From: Clostridia bacterium
Lineage (GTDB): Bacteria > Bacillota > Clostridia > Oscillospirales > CAG-272
DNA: 57,365 bases
Reading direction: 5' to 3'
Assembly (NCBI GenBank): GCA_017440665.1
Contig: JAFSGU010000073.1
Coordinates: forward strand, 1-57,365
Position numbers and translations under genes: made by a program. Each line of letters starts with the position of its first letter. Position 1 is the first letter of the stretch. A model generated the notes under the pieces. The model made no database searches. It saw nothing but the letters and a program-made list of their open reading frames with translations, and was not told where the DNA came from. Of this stretch, positions 19,451-28,014 are shown piece after piece.

Positions 19451-20275
19451 ATGGATACCAAAAAGCTTGAATTCCTCAAGGAAACAGCAAGACGTGTCCG
19501 TGTCGGTATTATCGACGCGGTATTCTCCGCAGCGTCCGGACATCCCGGCGGATCACTCTCCATCGCAGACGTGGTCACATATCTCTATTTTGAAAAGCTG
19601 AACGTAGACCCTGCTGACCCTCAGAAGGCAGACCGTGACAGACTCGTTCTCTCCAAGGGTCACTGCGCACCCGCGCTTTACTCCGTTCTCGCTCAGAAGG
19701 GATTTTTGCCCGTCGAGGACCTCAAAACACTCCGTAAGACTGCAAGTTATTTGCAGGGTCATCCCGACATGAAGCACACCCCCGGTGTTGATATGTCCTC
19801 CGGTTCTCTCGGTCAGGGCACGTCCGTTTCCTGCGGTATGGCTCTCAGCGCAAAGCTTGACGGCGCTGACTACAAGGTATACGCCATCCTCGGTGACGGT
19901 GAGACTCAGGAAGGTCAGGTATGGGAGGCGGCTATGTTCGCAGGACATTACGGTCTTTCCAACCTCTGTTGGCTGGTTGACCTTAACGGTCTTCAGATCG
20001 ACGGCCCTATCGCTGAGGTTATGAATCCCGCTCCTCACGAGGACAAGTTCCGCGCATTCGGCTGGAACGTTGTTCACTGTGACGCTCACGACTTTGAATC
20101 CATCGAGGCGGCTTACAAGGCATTCGACGAGTGCTCTGACAAGCCCACAGTTATCATTTCCCACAGCGTTAAGGGTAAGGGCGTTTCCTTCATGGAAAAC
20201 AACGTAAACTGGCACGGCGCTGCTCCCAATGCAGAGCAGTACGAGATCGCTATGGCTGATCTCGGCGAGAGATAA
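19451..20275 (+). CDS. tkt: transketolase, N-terminal subunit
   Basis: SGHPGGSLS and GDGETQEGQVWEA thiamine-diphosphate-binding motifs. Confidence 0.9.
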   Translation: MDTKKLEFLKETARRVRVGIIDAVFSAASGHPGGSLSIADVVTYLYFEKLNVDPADPQKADRDRLVLSKGHCAPALYSVLAQKGFLPVEDLKTLRKTASYLQGHPDMKHTPGVDMSSGSLGQGTSVSCGMALSAKLDGADYKVYAILGDGETQEGQVWEAAMFAGHYGLSNLCWLVDLNGLQIDGPIAEVMNPAPHEDKFRAFGWNVVHCDAHDFESIEAAYKAFDECSDKPTVIISHSVKGKGVSFMENNVNWHGAAPNAEQYEIAMADLGER

Positions 20276-20299
20276 TCGAAGGAAGAGAGGACATTTACA

Positions 20300-21241
20300 A
20301 TGGCAGAAAAGATTGCAACCCGCGAAGCCTACGGTAAGGCTCTCGCTGAATTCGGCGCTGAGTATGAAAACTTAGTAGTTCTTGATGCTGACCTTGCGGC
20401 AGCTACAAAGACAGGTATTTTTAAGAAGGCATTCCCCGAGAGATTCTTTGACTGCGGTATCGCTGAGAACAACATGATCGGCGTTGCGGCAGGTCTCGCT
20501 CTCACAGGCAAGATCCCCTTCGCTTCTTCCTTCGCAATGTTTGCGGCAGGCAGATCTTACGAGCAGGTAAGAAACACTGTTGGATATCCCCACATCAACG
20601 TTAAGATCGGCGCAACTCACGCAGGTATCACCGTAGGTGAAGACGGCGCAACACACCAGTGCTGCGAGGACCTCGCTCTCATGCGCACCATCCCCGGTAT
20701 GGTTGTCATAAACCCCGCTGACGCAGTTGAAGCAAGACTTGCTGTTAAGGCTGCGATCGAGCACGACGGCCCCGTATACCTCCGTTTCGGCAGAATGGCT
20801 GTTCCGGTAGTAAACGGCGACGATTACAAGTTCGAGATCGGCAAGGGCGTTAAGCTTGCTGACGGCTGTGACGTTGCTCTCATCGCAACAGGTATCGAGG
20901 TTGAGCAGGCGCTTCTCGCACGCGACATCCTCGCGGCTGAGGGAATCAAGGCATCAGTCGTAAACATCCACACAATCAAGCCTCTTGACGAGGAGCTGGT
21001 TATCGCTGAAGCTAAGGCTTGTGGCGCAGTGGTTACTTGCGAAGAGCACTCCATCATCGGCGGTCTCGGTTCCGCTGTAGCTGAAGTTCTCAGCGAAAAG
21101 TGCCCCACACCCGTACTTAAGGTTGGTGTAAACGACGAGTTTGGTAGAAGCGGTCCCGCTAAGGAGCTCGTTTCCTACTTCCATCTTGACGCTGAGTCCA
21201 TCGCGGCTAAGGCTCGCGAGGCTATCGCTCTCAAGAAGTAA
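20300..21241 (+). CDS. tkt: transketolase, C-terminal subunit
   Basis: Pyrimidine-binding and C-terminal domains (FFDCGIAENNMIG..., HSIIGGLGSAV). Confidence 0.9.
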   Translation: MAEKIATREAYGKALAEFGAEYENLVVLDADLAAATKTGIFKKAFPERFFDCGIAENNMIGVAAGLALTGKIPFASSFAMFAAGRSYEQVRNTVGYPHINVKIGATHAGITVGEDGATHQCCEDLALMRTIPGMVVINPADAVEARLAVKAAIEHDGPVYLRFGRMAVPVVNGDDYKFEIGKGVKLADGCDVALIATGIEVEQALLARDILAAEGIKASVVNIHTIKPLDEELVIAEAKACGAVVTCEEHSIIGGLGSAVAEVLSEKCPTPVLKVGVNDEFGRSGPAKELVSYFHLDAESIAAKAREAIALKK

Positions 21242-21258
21242 TTTCAAATAATCGGATC

Positions 21259-21281
21259 CTCCGCGGGGTCTCCCCGCGGAG
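21259..21281. other. perfect 10-bp GC-rich hairpin after tkt (terminator-like but no T-run)
   Basis: ctccgcgggg-tct-ccccgcggag. Confidence 0.6.
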
Positions 21282-21645
21282 AGCATCCCACGATCTCGGT
21301 CTCCCGATGTATGGCTTACGCCATAAATTGAAGCTTCGGATGACCCCGTTGCCCCACGCCCCGTGCTACGCCTCTCAGGAAGAGGAAAAACGTGCACGGA
21401 AAACGAAGGCATCGAAACCCTGTCTTCAGAAATGGAAGAACCCCCCCGATCTTGCATGACGGCGGCAATGACGCCGATATGTAAAGAATACTCCGTCAGA
21501 CTTTGCGTACATACGGAAAAGCTCTGCGGATATAACCTGAAACACGTATGTGACCTGTCCCTGATGCCGGATATGCGGTGTTGATACCCATGCCCGACTA
21601 TACGAATAATAACACAAACATATATTTTTGGAGGACACATATAAA

Positions 21646-22923
21646 ATGAGTTCAGGTGATTTAACCACAATATTATTTATGGCGTTTCTCGTGGTGATGT
21701 CAGCATATTTTTCCGCCACGGAAACCGCATTTTCAACTATCAACAAAACCAGACTTCGCACCCTTGCAGATAAGGGTGACAAAAAAGCCGAGCGTGTCTT
21801 AGCGCTGGCAGATAAGTACGACTCTCTTCTTTCCACGATCCTCGTGGGAAATAACATAGTAAACATCCTGCTGTCATCTGTAGCGACCCTTTTCTTTATC
21901 GGTCTGATAAAGGACAGGAGCACAGCCGCTACCGTTTCAACGGCAGTTATCACCGCTGTAGTTCTTGTTTTCGGTGAGATCTCTCCCAAGAGCCTTGCCA
22001 AGGAGGCTCCCGAAAAGTTTGCTTCTTTTTCCGCGCCCCTTATTACCGTTTTCATGTGGATACTTACTCCCGTGAACTTCATATTCGGACTTTGGAAGAA
22101 GCTTCTTTCCCTCATCTTCAAATTCTCCGAGGAAAAGGGCATGACCTCCGACGAGTTCATCACTCTCATTGATGCAGTTGAAGAGGGCGGTGACATCGAC
22201 AGCGAAGAGGGCGACCTTCTCCGATCTGCCGTTGAGTTCAACGATCTTGAGGCGCAGGATATCCTCACTCCCCGAGTTGACGTTGTGGGTGTAGAGGACG
22301 ATACTCCCATGGATGAGATCGCCGAGGTATTCACGGCTACGGGTTATTCCCGTCTGCCCGTATACAAGGATTCTCTCGACCACATTGTCGGTATCGTCCA
22401 TCAGAAGGACTTTTATAACGGTCCCCGCGTAACCGATAAGCCTCTTTCCGAGATCATGAAGTCTCCCGTATACGTAACGCCTTCCATGAAGATACACGAT
22501 ATTCTGAAGGATCTTCAAAAGGAAAAGTCTCACATCGCCATCATCACCGACGAATACGGCGGTACTCTCGGTATCGTAACGATGGAAGATATTCTTGAAG
22601 AGCTTGTAGGCGACATTTGGGACGAGCACGACGAGATCATCGAGCGCTTCACAAAGGTCGCAGACGATACGTACCGTATCAAGTGTACGGCTGACCTTGA
22701 CGAAATGTTCGAGCTTTTCGAGCTTGAATGTGACGACGAATACGATGCTACTACCGTCAGCGGATGGGTAATGGAGCACGTGGGCAGAATTCCCGTAAAC
22801 GGCGACACATTTGAAGCAGACGGACTTTCGGTTATCGTCACCGACACGGATGAAAAGCGTGTTCTTGAAATTGAAGTAACGCTTCTCGTACCCGAGGACG
22901 ATGACGAGGACGACGAGGATTAA
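21646..22923 (+). CDS. CNNM/HlyC/CorC-family transporter (DUF21 + CBS pair + CorC C-terminal domain)
   Basis: N-terminal four-TM DUF21-like region, central CBS-like region, C-terminal CorC_HlyC-like region and an acidic tail. GGAGGA RBS. Confidence 0.85.
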   Translation: MSSGDLTTILFMAFLVVMSAYFSATETAFSTINKTRLRTLADKGDKKAERVLALADKYDSLLSTILVGNNIVNILLSSVATLFFIGLIKDRSTAATVSTAVITAVVLVFGEISPKSLAKEAPEKFASFSAPLITVFMWILTPVNFIFGLWKKLLSLIFKFSEEKGMTSDEFITLIDAVEEGGDIDSEEGDLLRSAVEFNDLEAQDILTPRVDVVGVEDDTPMDEIAEVFTATGYSRLPVYKDSLDHIVGIVHQKDFYNGPRVTDKPLSEIMKSPVYVTPSMKIHDILKDLQKEKSHIAIITDEYGGTLGIVTMEDILEELVGDIWDEHDEIIERFTKVADDTYRIKCTADLDEMFELFELECDDEYDATTVSGWVMEHVGRIPVNGDTFEADGLSVIVTDTDEKRVLEIEVTLLVPEDDDEDDED

Positions 22924-22951
22924 GGCTGTCCGAATAACGTTAATATAAGCA

Positions 22952-22988
22952 AAAAAACGGCAGAAGAAATTCTGTCGTTTTTTGATTT
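22952..22988 (+). terminator. intrinsic terminator of the CNNM gene
   Basis: acggcagaa-gaaa-ttctgtcgt stem followed by tttttgatttt. Confidence 0.7.
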
Positions 22989-23004
22989 TCTCTGATTCGG
23001 ACAA

Positions 23005-23198
23005 ACGTCCCAAACCACCGTAACGGGACGTTGAGCCTCCCTCCGGGAGGGAGGTGGCATGGCGTAAGCCATGACGGAAGGAGAGTGCGGCATGAAAGAT
23101 TCTGAATTTTGTTAAGATTGTAGCAATCCTACAAATAAGAATCCATTGTAACGCATTCTCCCTCACCCGCAAGCGGGAGCTCCCTCCCGGAGGGAGCC
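23005..23198. repeat. non-coding multi-hairpin element (at least six stems, nested)
   Basis: Stems: 23005-11/23025-31, 23037-43/23048-54, 23058-63/23068-73 (GTAA loop), 23080-89/23152-61 enclosing 23098-103/23138-143 and 23116-20/23124-28, then 23166-70/23173-77 and 23179-85/23191-97. Confidence 0.55.
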
Positions 23199-23275
23199 AT
23201 ATTATAGTACTTCACACAAAACACCCCGACAGACAAAAATCTATCGGGGTATTGTTATATGTGATGAACTCGAAA

Positions 23276-23593
23276 TTATCTGCCTTGTTCAAATTTCACT
23301 TTAGAGGGGTATCTGCCTTCGTTCATCTCGGATTTCACTTTTGCTACCTGCTCTATATCAATGTCATATATATTGGCAATGGCTAAAGCGTAATAAATGA
23401 CATCAAATAATTCCTCGTCTACTGTGCCCAAAATGTCAGTATTGTTTTGTGCTTTCAGTCCTTTTCTCATTGCACGGGAAAGTTCTCCTACTTCCTCGGA
23501 TAATTTCAAAAAGTAATCTTTCAAAAGCTCAGGATGATAGTCTTTTTCTTTGATGTAAGTCTGTAAGTATTTTATCGTTGTTTTTCCATCCAT
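23276..23593 (-). CDS. MazG-like nucleotide pyrophosphohydrolase domain protein
   Basis: EEVGELSRA and EELFDVIYYALAIAN helices typical of small MazG-type proteins. ATG at 23593 preferred over TTG at 23611. Confidence 0.7.
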   Translation of the reverse strand: MDGKTTIKYLQTYIKEKDYHPELLKDYFLKLSEEVGELSRAMRKGLKAQNNTDILGTVDEELFDVIYYALAIANIYDIDIEQVAKVKSEMNEGRYPSKVKFEQGR

Positions 23594-23629
23594 AGAGTTT
23601 GCATCCTTCAACCTTCATCGCCTGTTTTC

Positions 23630-24274
23630 TCATTCCAAATAACGCACCACATCGCGGATATCATCCGCTACGGGAACACCCAAGCTTTCAAGCCGCGCCC
23701 GTGACATATGCCCTCTTGCCACAAGCAAGCAGTCGCATCCGCAAGCGGCGGCAAGCTCAGCGTCATGCTCCATGTCACCGACAAACAAAATCTTATTCGC
23801 AGGTATACCCGTGGAGTTCACGAAACCCTGACCAAGTGCTATCTTCCCGTCTCCGCGGTTGTCTCCCTTACCGATAATATCGGTAAAATAGGTGTCGATA
23901 CCGCGATTTTTCACCTCGCATCTCAGTCTGTCTCCGTCAGCTGCGGACACTATCGCCTGACGAACACCCATACCGCGCACCGCTTCAAGCACCTCGCGCG
24001 TTCCGTCATATAGACCCGCATCCCGTGCCTCCGCATTATATACGTTTATGTAATCGTCCGCAATGTCCGAAAAGTTTTCAACATCGGTGTTGAAACCGAG
24101 CTCGCGGTAATAGTCTATCACGGGGAAACGGAAACGTTCAAGATACGCTTCCCTTGATGGAATAGTAGGTATCCCTCTTTTGTGGAGAAGAATGTTAATT
24201 GTACGCACGTTCACGTCAACGTCAGAAAGAAGCGTGCCGTTCCAATCCCATATTACAAGGTCATATTTGCTCAT
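23630..24274 (-). CDS. HAD-superfamily hydrolase
   Basis: N-terminal IWDWNGTLLSD and C-terminal VGDMEHD motifs. Confidence 0.8.
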   Translation of the reverse strand: MSKYDLVIWDWNGTLLSDVDVNVRTINILLHKRGIPTIPSREAYLERFRFPVIDYYRELGFNTDVENFSDIADDYINVYNAEARDAGLYDGTREVLEAVRGMGVRQAIVSAADGDRLRCEVKNRGIDTYFTDIIGKGDNRGDGKIALGQGFVNSTGIPANKILFVGDMEHDAELAAACGCDCLLVARGHMSRARLESLGVPVADDIRDVVRYLE

Positions 24275-24813
24275 TTCACAAGCGCCTTTACGATCTCACA
24301 CACGTACATCTTGTGCATTCCGTCGGTACGGTAAAATTCAAGGGGCATAGTGTCGCAGAATGCGCCCGTATCAAGGGGAGCAGCGTACATTTTACGGAGG
24401 AGAAGTACCTTTTCCGCTTCCTCAAAATACACGTGACGTCCGCCCTCAGCCTCTGCAAATACAGGTGTAAAGCCGCACTCCTTTGCCTTGTCTGTCTCTC
24501 GTCCGCTTGTTCTGCCGCAGAGGGTAAGCTCTTCCCTCTTCTCGCCTCCGAAGAAGGAAAGCGTCATATACTCGCCATCCTCCGCAAAGGTGTAGGTGTG
24601 TCTTTCGGGACGGATGAAAACGAAAGCAACAGGCTTATTCCACAGCACGCCCACGCCTCCCCATGAGGCTGTCATGGTGTTGTAGTCCCCTCCGAACCTT
24701 TCGCCTTCCTCAGCCGCCGCAGAAACGAGCATCCATTCCTTGCCTATCTCACGTATAAAATTCCCTTCAAGCTCATAGGGAGATACTTCACGAAAACTAC
24801 TCATATCTACCAT
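24271..24813 (-). CDS. flavin reductase-like domain protein
   Basis: NTMTASWGGVGVLWNKPVAFVFIRPERHTY resembles the flavin reductase-like fold. Overlaps the downstream gene by 4 nt. Confidence 0.7.
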   Translation of the reverse strand: MVDMSSFREVSPYELEGNFIREIGKEWMLVSAAAEEGERFGGDYNTMTASWGGVGVLWNKPVAFVFIRPERHTYTFAEDGEYMTLSFFGGEKREELTLCGRTSGRETDKAKECGFTPVFAEAEGGRHVYFEEAEKVLLLRKMYAAPLDTGAFCDTMPLEFYRTDGMHKMYVCEIVKALVK

Positions 24814-24818
24814 CCCTC

Positions 24819-25160
24819 TCAGAAATTCATCTTGTTCCAGCCCCAGTGGTCTACTTCCTCGTACTTTACGTACACTCTGTCGCAGGGAATATCAAGTGCT
24901 TCTCCAACAGACTCGCAAAGTGCCGCGGTAAGTGCGTCATACGCATCGTTTGTCGCCTTGCCGAAGAGGGCAACCTCAACTATAGCGCATCCTGCGGTGT
25001 CTCCGCCGAATGACATAGACTTGTCACCCACAACGTCGGTCATAAGCCAACGCTCTGTCTTGCCGGGGATGAGGGTTATCTTCTCTCCCAGCATATGGTG
25101 CAGTTCATCTTTTACGCTTTCTTTCACGTGTACGTTTGTTTTGATCTCAATATAAGGCAT
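24819..25160 (-). CDS. MIF/tautomerase-superfamily protein
   Basis: Begins MP (Pro-1), about 113 aa, beta-alpha-beta pattern like phenylpyruvate tautomerase/MIF. Confidence 0.55.
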   Translation of the reverse strand: MPYIEIKTNVHVKESVKDELHHMLGEKITLIPGKTERWLMTDVVGDKSMSFGGDTAGCAIVEVALFGKATNDAYDALTAALCESVGEALDIPCDRVYVKYEEVDHWGWNKMNF

Positions 25161-25177
25161 TGTATAAAACCTCCGAT

Positions 25178-25759
25178 TTATTTCTTTCTGTTTTTCGTCT
25201 GCTTCTTCTTAACGGAATATCCGAATGAGCCTATCTTCTTGCCCAGGGCAAAATACGAACCGTGGGCATACGCCGCAAGTGAACACTGCTCTATGCGGAG
25301 CTTTCCCTTTTCGTCGATATATCTTTCGTCCACGTTTACAGCGATGATGTCAGCCATAAACATGTCGTGCGTGCCAAGCTTGATAATATCGGTAACGCGG
25401 CACTCGATGGATATGGGACTTTCCGCCACGGCGGGACACGCCACCTGCGTCGCCTTTTCCTTGGTGAGTCTGCATTCCTTGAATTTATCAAGCTTTCGTC
25501 CGCTTCGCACACCGCAGAAGTCAATGGAGCGGATGATATGTGACGAGGGGAGATTTATGATAAACTCACGGCTTTTTGATATTATCTCATAGGAAAATCT
25601 TTCGGGACGAAGAGATATATACGTCTTTGCAGGCTCGGTGCATATGATACCGGTCCAGCCTACGGTAATAAGATTGTCGCGCTCTCCGTCGGAGCATGAT
25701 ACCAAAACGGGCGGTACGGGAGACAGCATTGCCCCCGCTTTCCAGCTTACTTTTGCCAT
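25178..25759 (-). CDS. flavin reductase-like domain protein
   Basis: NLITVGWTGIICTEPAKTYISLRPERFSYEII; basic C-terminal tail. Confidence 0.7.
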   Translation of the reverse strand: MAKVSWKAGAMLSPVPPVLVSCSDGERDNLITVGWTGIICTEPAKTYISLRPERFSYEIISKSREFIINLPSSHIIRSIDFCGVRSGRKLDKFKECRLTKEKATQVACPAVAESPISIECRVTDIIKLGTHDMFMADIIAVNVDERYIDEKGKLRIEQCSLAAYAHGSYFALGKKIGSFGYSVKKKQTKNRKK

Positions 25760-25855
25760 AACAACGTTCCTTTTCAAGTATATTTGTCTATATGATTAAA
25801 TTATACATCAATTTTCACGGAAATACAAGGGATGAGCGGACGTTTTATATATACA

Positions 25856-25888
25856 AAAAGAGGCTCCCTCCGGGAGGTAGCCTCTTTT
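25856..25888. terminator. bidirectional terminator-like hairpin
   Basis: aaaagaggct...agcctctttt outer stem with an inner cctcc-g-ggagg stem. Confidence 0.65.
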
Positions 25889-25975
25889 ATCTTCTCTTTT
25901 TTCAACTATATAACTCGGCAGGAGCCGAATATAACTGCGAAGCATTATATCTCGCCAACGGCGATCATAACTCTT

Positions 25976-27082
25976 TTATCTTCCGTCCCACTTATCCTCA
26001 AGAATGTCGGCAATACGACGGCACGCCTGTCCGTCACCGTAGGGATTGGACGCATGGCTCATAGCATCGTAAGCTTCACGGCTTTCGAGAAGCTCCTTGA
26101 AATTGTTGTAGATAACAGTCTCATCAGTACCGACCAGCTTAAGAGTTCCGGCCTTGATACCCTCGGGACGCTCGGTGGTGTCACGCATTACGAGAACGGG
26201 CTTACCGAGAGAGGGAGCCTCCTCCTGGATTCCGCCGCTGTCCGTAAGGATCATGTAGCTGCGTGCAAGGAAATTGTGGAAGTCAAGCACGTCGAGAGGC
26301 TCGATAATACGTATTCGGTCGCAATCGCCAAGCTCTTCCTCTGCCGCCTTACGCACCACGGGATTCATATGGATGGGGTAGATCGCCTTAACGTCGGGAT
26401 GCTCGTCGATGATACGGCGGATAGCGCGGAACATACTGTGCATGGGCTCACCCAGATTCTCACGTCTGTGAGCGGTGATCATGATAAGGCGGGAATCAGA
26501 CGCCCACTCAAGCTCAGGATGTGTGTAGTCTTCCTTAACGGTCGTTTTGAGAGCGTCGATGGCAGTGTTACCGGTAACGTAGATGAACTCCTCATGCTTA
26601 CCCTCGGAAATCAGGTTCTCGCGAGCCATTTCGGTAGGAGCAAAGTTATAGCGAGCAACGATGCCTACAGCCTGACGGTTGAATTCCTCCGGGAAGGGAG
26701 AGTAGATGTTGTAGGTGCGAAGTCCCGCTTCAACGTGGCCTACGGGGATCTGCAGGTAGAAGCAGGCGAGAGCCGTTACGAAGGTGGTGGAAGTGTCGCC
26801 GTGTACGAGAACCACGTCGGGCTTCGCTTCCTCGAGAACAGCCTTGATCCTCTCAAGAATGTTTACGGTAACGTCGAAGAGGGTCTGCCCCTGCTTCATT
26901 ATCGCAAGGTCGTAATCGGGAACAACTTCAAAAGCTCCAAGTACCATGTCAAGCATCTGACGGTGCTGACCTGTCACGCATACTACGGTCTCAAGGCCCT
27001 CGCGGGACTTAAGCTCATTTACGAGAGGACACATCTTAATGGCCTCGGGACGTGTTCCGAACACAAGCATTACTTTTTTCAT
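25976..27082 (-). CDS. wecB: UDP-N-acetylglucosamine 2-epimerase (non-hydrolysing)
   Basis: FGTRPEAIKM and DSGGIQEEAPSLGKPVLV motifs. GGAG RBS before MKKVMLV. Confidence 0.9.
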   Translation of the reverse strand: MKKVMLVFGTRPEAIKMCPLVNELKSREGLETVVCVTGQHRQMLDMVLGAFEVVPDYDLAIMKQGQTLFDVTVNILERIKAVLEEAKPDVVLVHGDTSTTFVTALACFYLQIPVGHVEAGLRTYNIYSPFPEEFNRQAVGIVARYNFAPTEMARENLISEGKHEEFIYVTGNTAIDALKTTVKEDYTHPELEWASDSRLIMITAHRRENLGEPMHSMFRAIRRIIDEHPDVKAIYPIHMNPVVRKAAEEELGDCDRIRIIEPLDVLDFHNFLARSYMILTDSGGIQEEAPSLGKPVLVMRDTTERPEGIKAGTLKLVGTDETVIYNNFKELLESREAYDAMSHASNPYGDGQACRRIADILEDKWDGR

Positions 27083-27171
27083 AACAAACTCCATTCAGCC
27101 GCAAAGCGGCGACATAATGATCCGCGATCGGTGCGGTATTTCACTTTATTTTAAAAATTCCGTGGTCTTTC

Positions 27172-27762
27172 TCATTCAAGAGGCTGGACCCATATGTTTC
27201 TGAAGCTTACGGGGCATCCGTGATCCTGAAGAAGGAGAGGTCCGCGCTCTACGACCTTATCAAAATGGCCGGGGGTGTTCGTGTGCAAGGTAAAGTTGTT
27301 GTGAACCACCTGTCCGTTGTGGATAACGGTAATAATTGCGGGCGCCTTGATGCTTCCGTCCTCATTAAGCTTGGCAGCTCTGATAATGATATCGTAGGTC
27401 TGCCAAGTCTCCTCGGGAAGAGATGCGTTCACAATAGGAGCGGCAAGTGTGTATATACCTCCGCACTCATCATAGCGCGGCTCGTTACCGTAGGAATCAA
27501 GTATCTGTATCTCATAGCAGCCGTGGACGTACACGCCGCTGTTGCCCTTCCACTGTCCGTGCGCATACGGCATATGAGGGATCTTGAATTCCAGGTGGAT
27601 GTGCGCGTCACCAAACTCATATCTTGAAACCAAATCATGACGGGTAACCGTAAGAGAGCCATCCTCAAGGAGGAGCCATCTTGTCGCCTCACCGGTCTGA
27701 AGAGCGTAAAAATTCCCAAGACTCTCGGGAGTTCCATCAAAAAGAATCACTTTATCCTGCAT
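27172..27762 (-). CDS. DUF1080 (3-keto-disaccharide hydrolase-like) domain protein
   Basis: C-terminal LLLQDHGCPVSFRNIWV is typical of DUF1080. Confidence 0.65.
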   Translation of the reverse strand: MQDKVILFDGTPESLGNFYALQTGEATRWLLLEDGSLTVTRHDLVSRYEFGDAHIHLEFKIPHMPYAHGQWKGNSGVYVHGCYEIQILDSYGNEPRYDECGGIYTLAAPIVNASLPEETWQTYDIIIRAAKLNEDGSIKAPAIITVIHNGQVVHNNFTLHTNTPGHFDKVVERGPLLLQDHGCPVSFRNIWVQPLE

Positions 27763-27948
27763 AAAAACCTCCGATATGTACGACCTTCGCCGTTGTAATT
27801 ATCATATTACGTATAGGATATCATAAAATTCAAAAAAAATCAATAGCACAGCGGATTTATTGTGTAATTCGGATGTTTTTTGGATGTGTGCCCAATTTTT
27901 CCACAGCATTTTTAGCACGAACAAATTTTCTTTTTGTGTAAATCTCCC

Positions 27949-27977
27949 TTGAAAAAAATGCCCCTGTATGGTACAAT
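27949..27977 (+). promoter_or_regulatory. sigma-A-type promoter candidate (extended -10) for ygiQ
   Basis: TTGAAA, 17-nt spacer ending in TGG, TACAAT. Confidence 0.55.
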
Positions 27978-28014
27978 ATTATTATAGACTATTTTCATCA
28001 TGGAGGGCCCCAAA

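Noticed and set aside
21282-21627. Mg2+/metal riboswitch (M-box or similar) upstream of the CNNM/CorC gene
   Set aside because: I could not find the conserved M-box or yybP-ykoY core sequences by eye. I have left it as an unexplained leader in the findings rather than calling a riboswitch.
21937-23172. 411-aa minus-strand ORF covering the CNNM gene and the hairpin element
   Set aside because: It is antisense to a well-supported gene. Its 5' part is just the translation of GC hairpins (..SLPEGGSTSRYGG..), and it uses a TTG start without an RBS.
25832-27154. 440-aa plus-strand ORF
   Set aside because: It is antisense to wecB, which has clear epimerase motifs. It starts inside a terminator hairpin.
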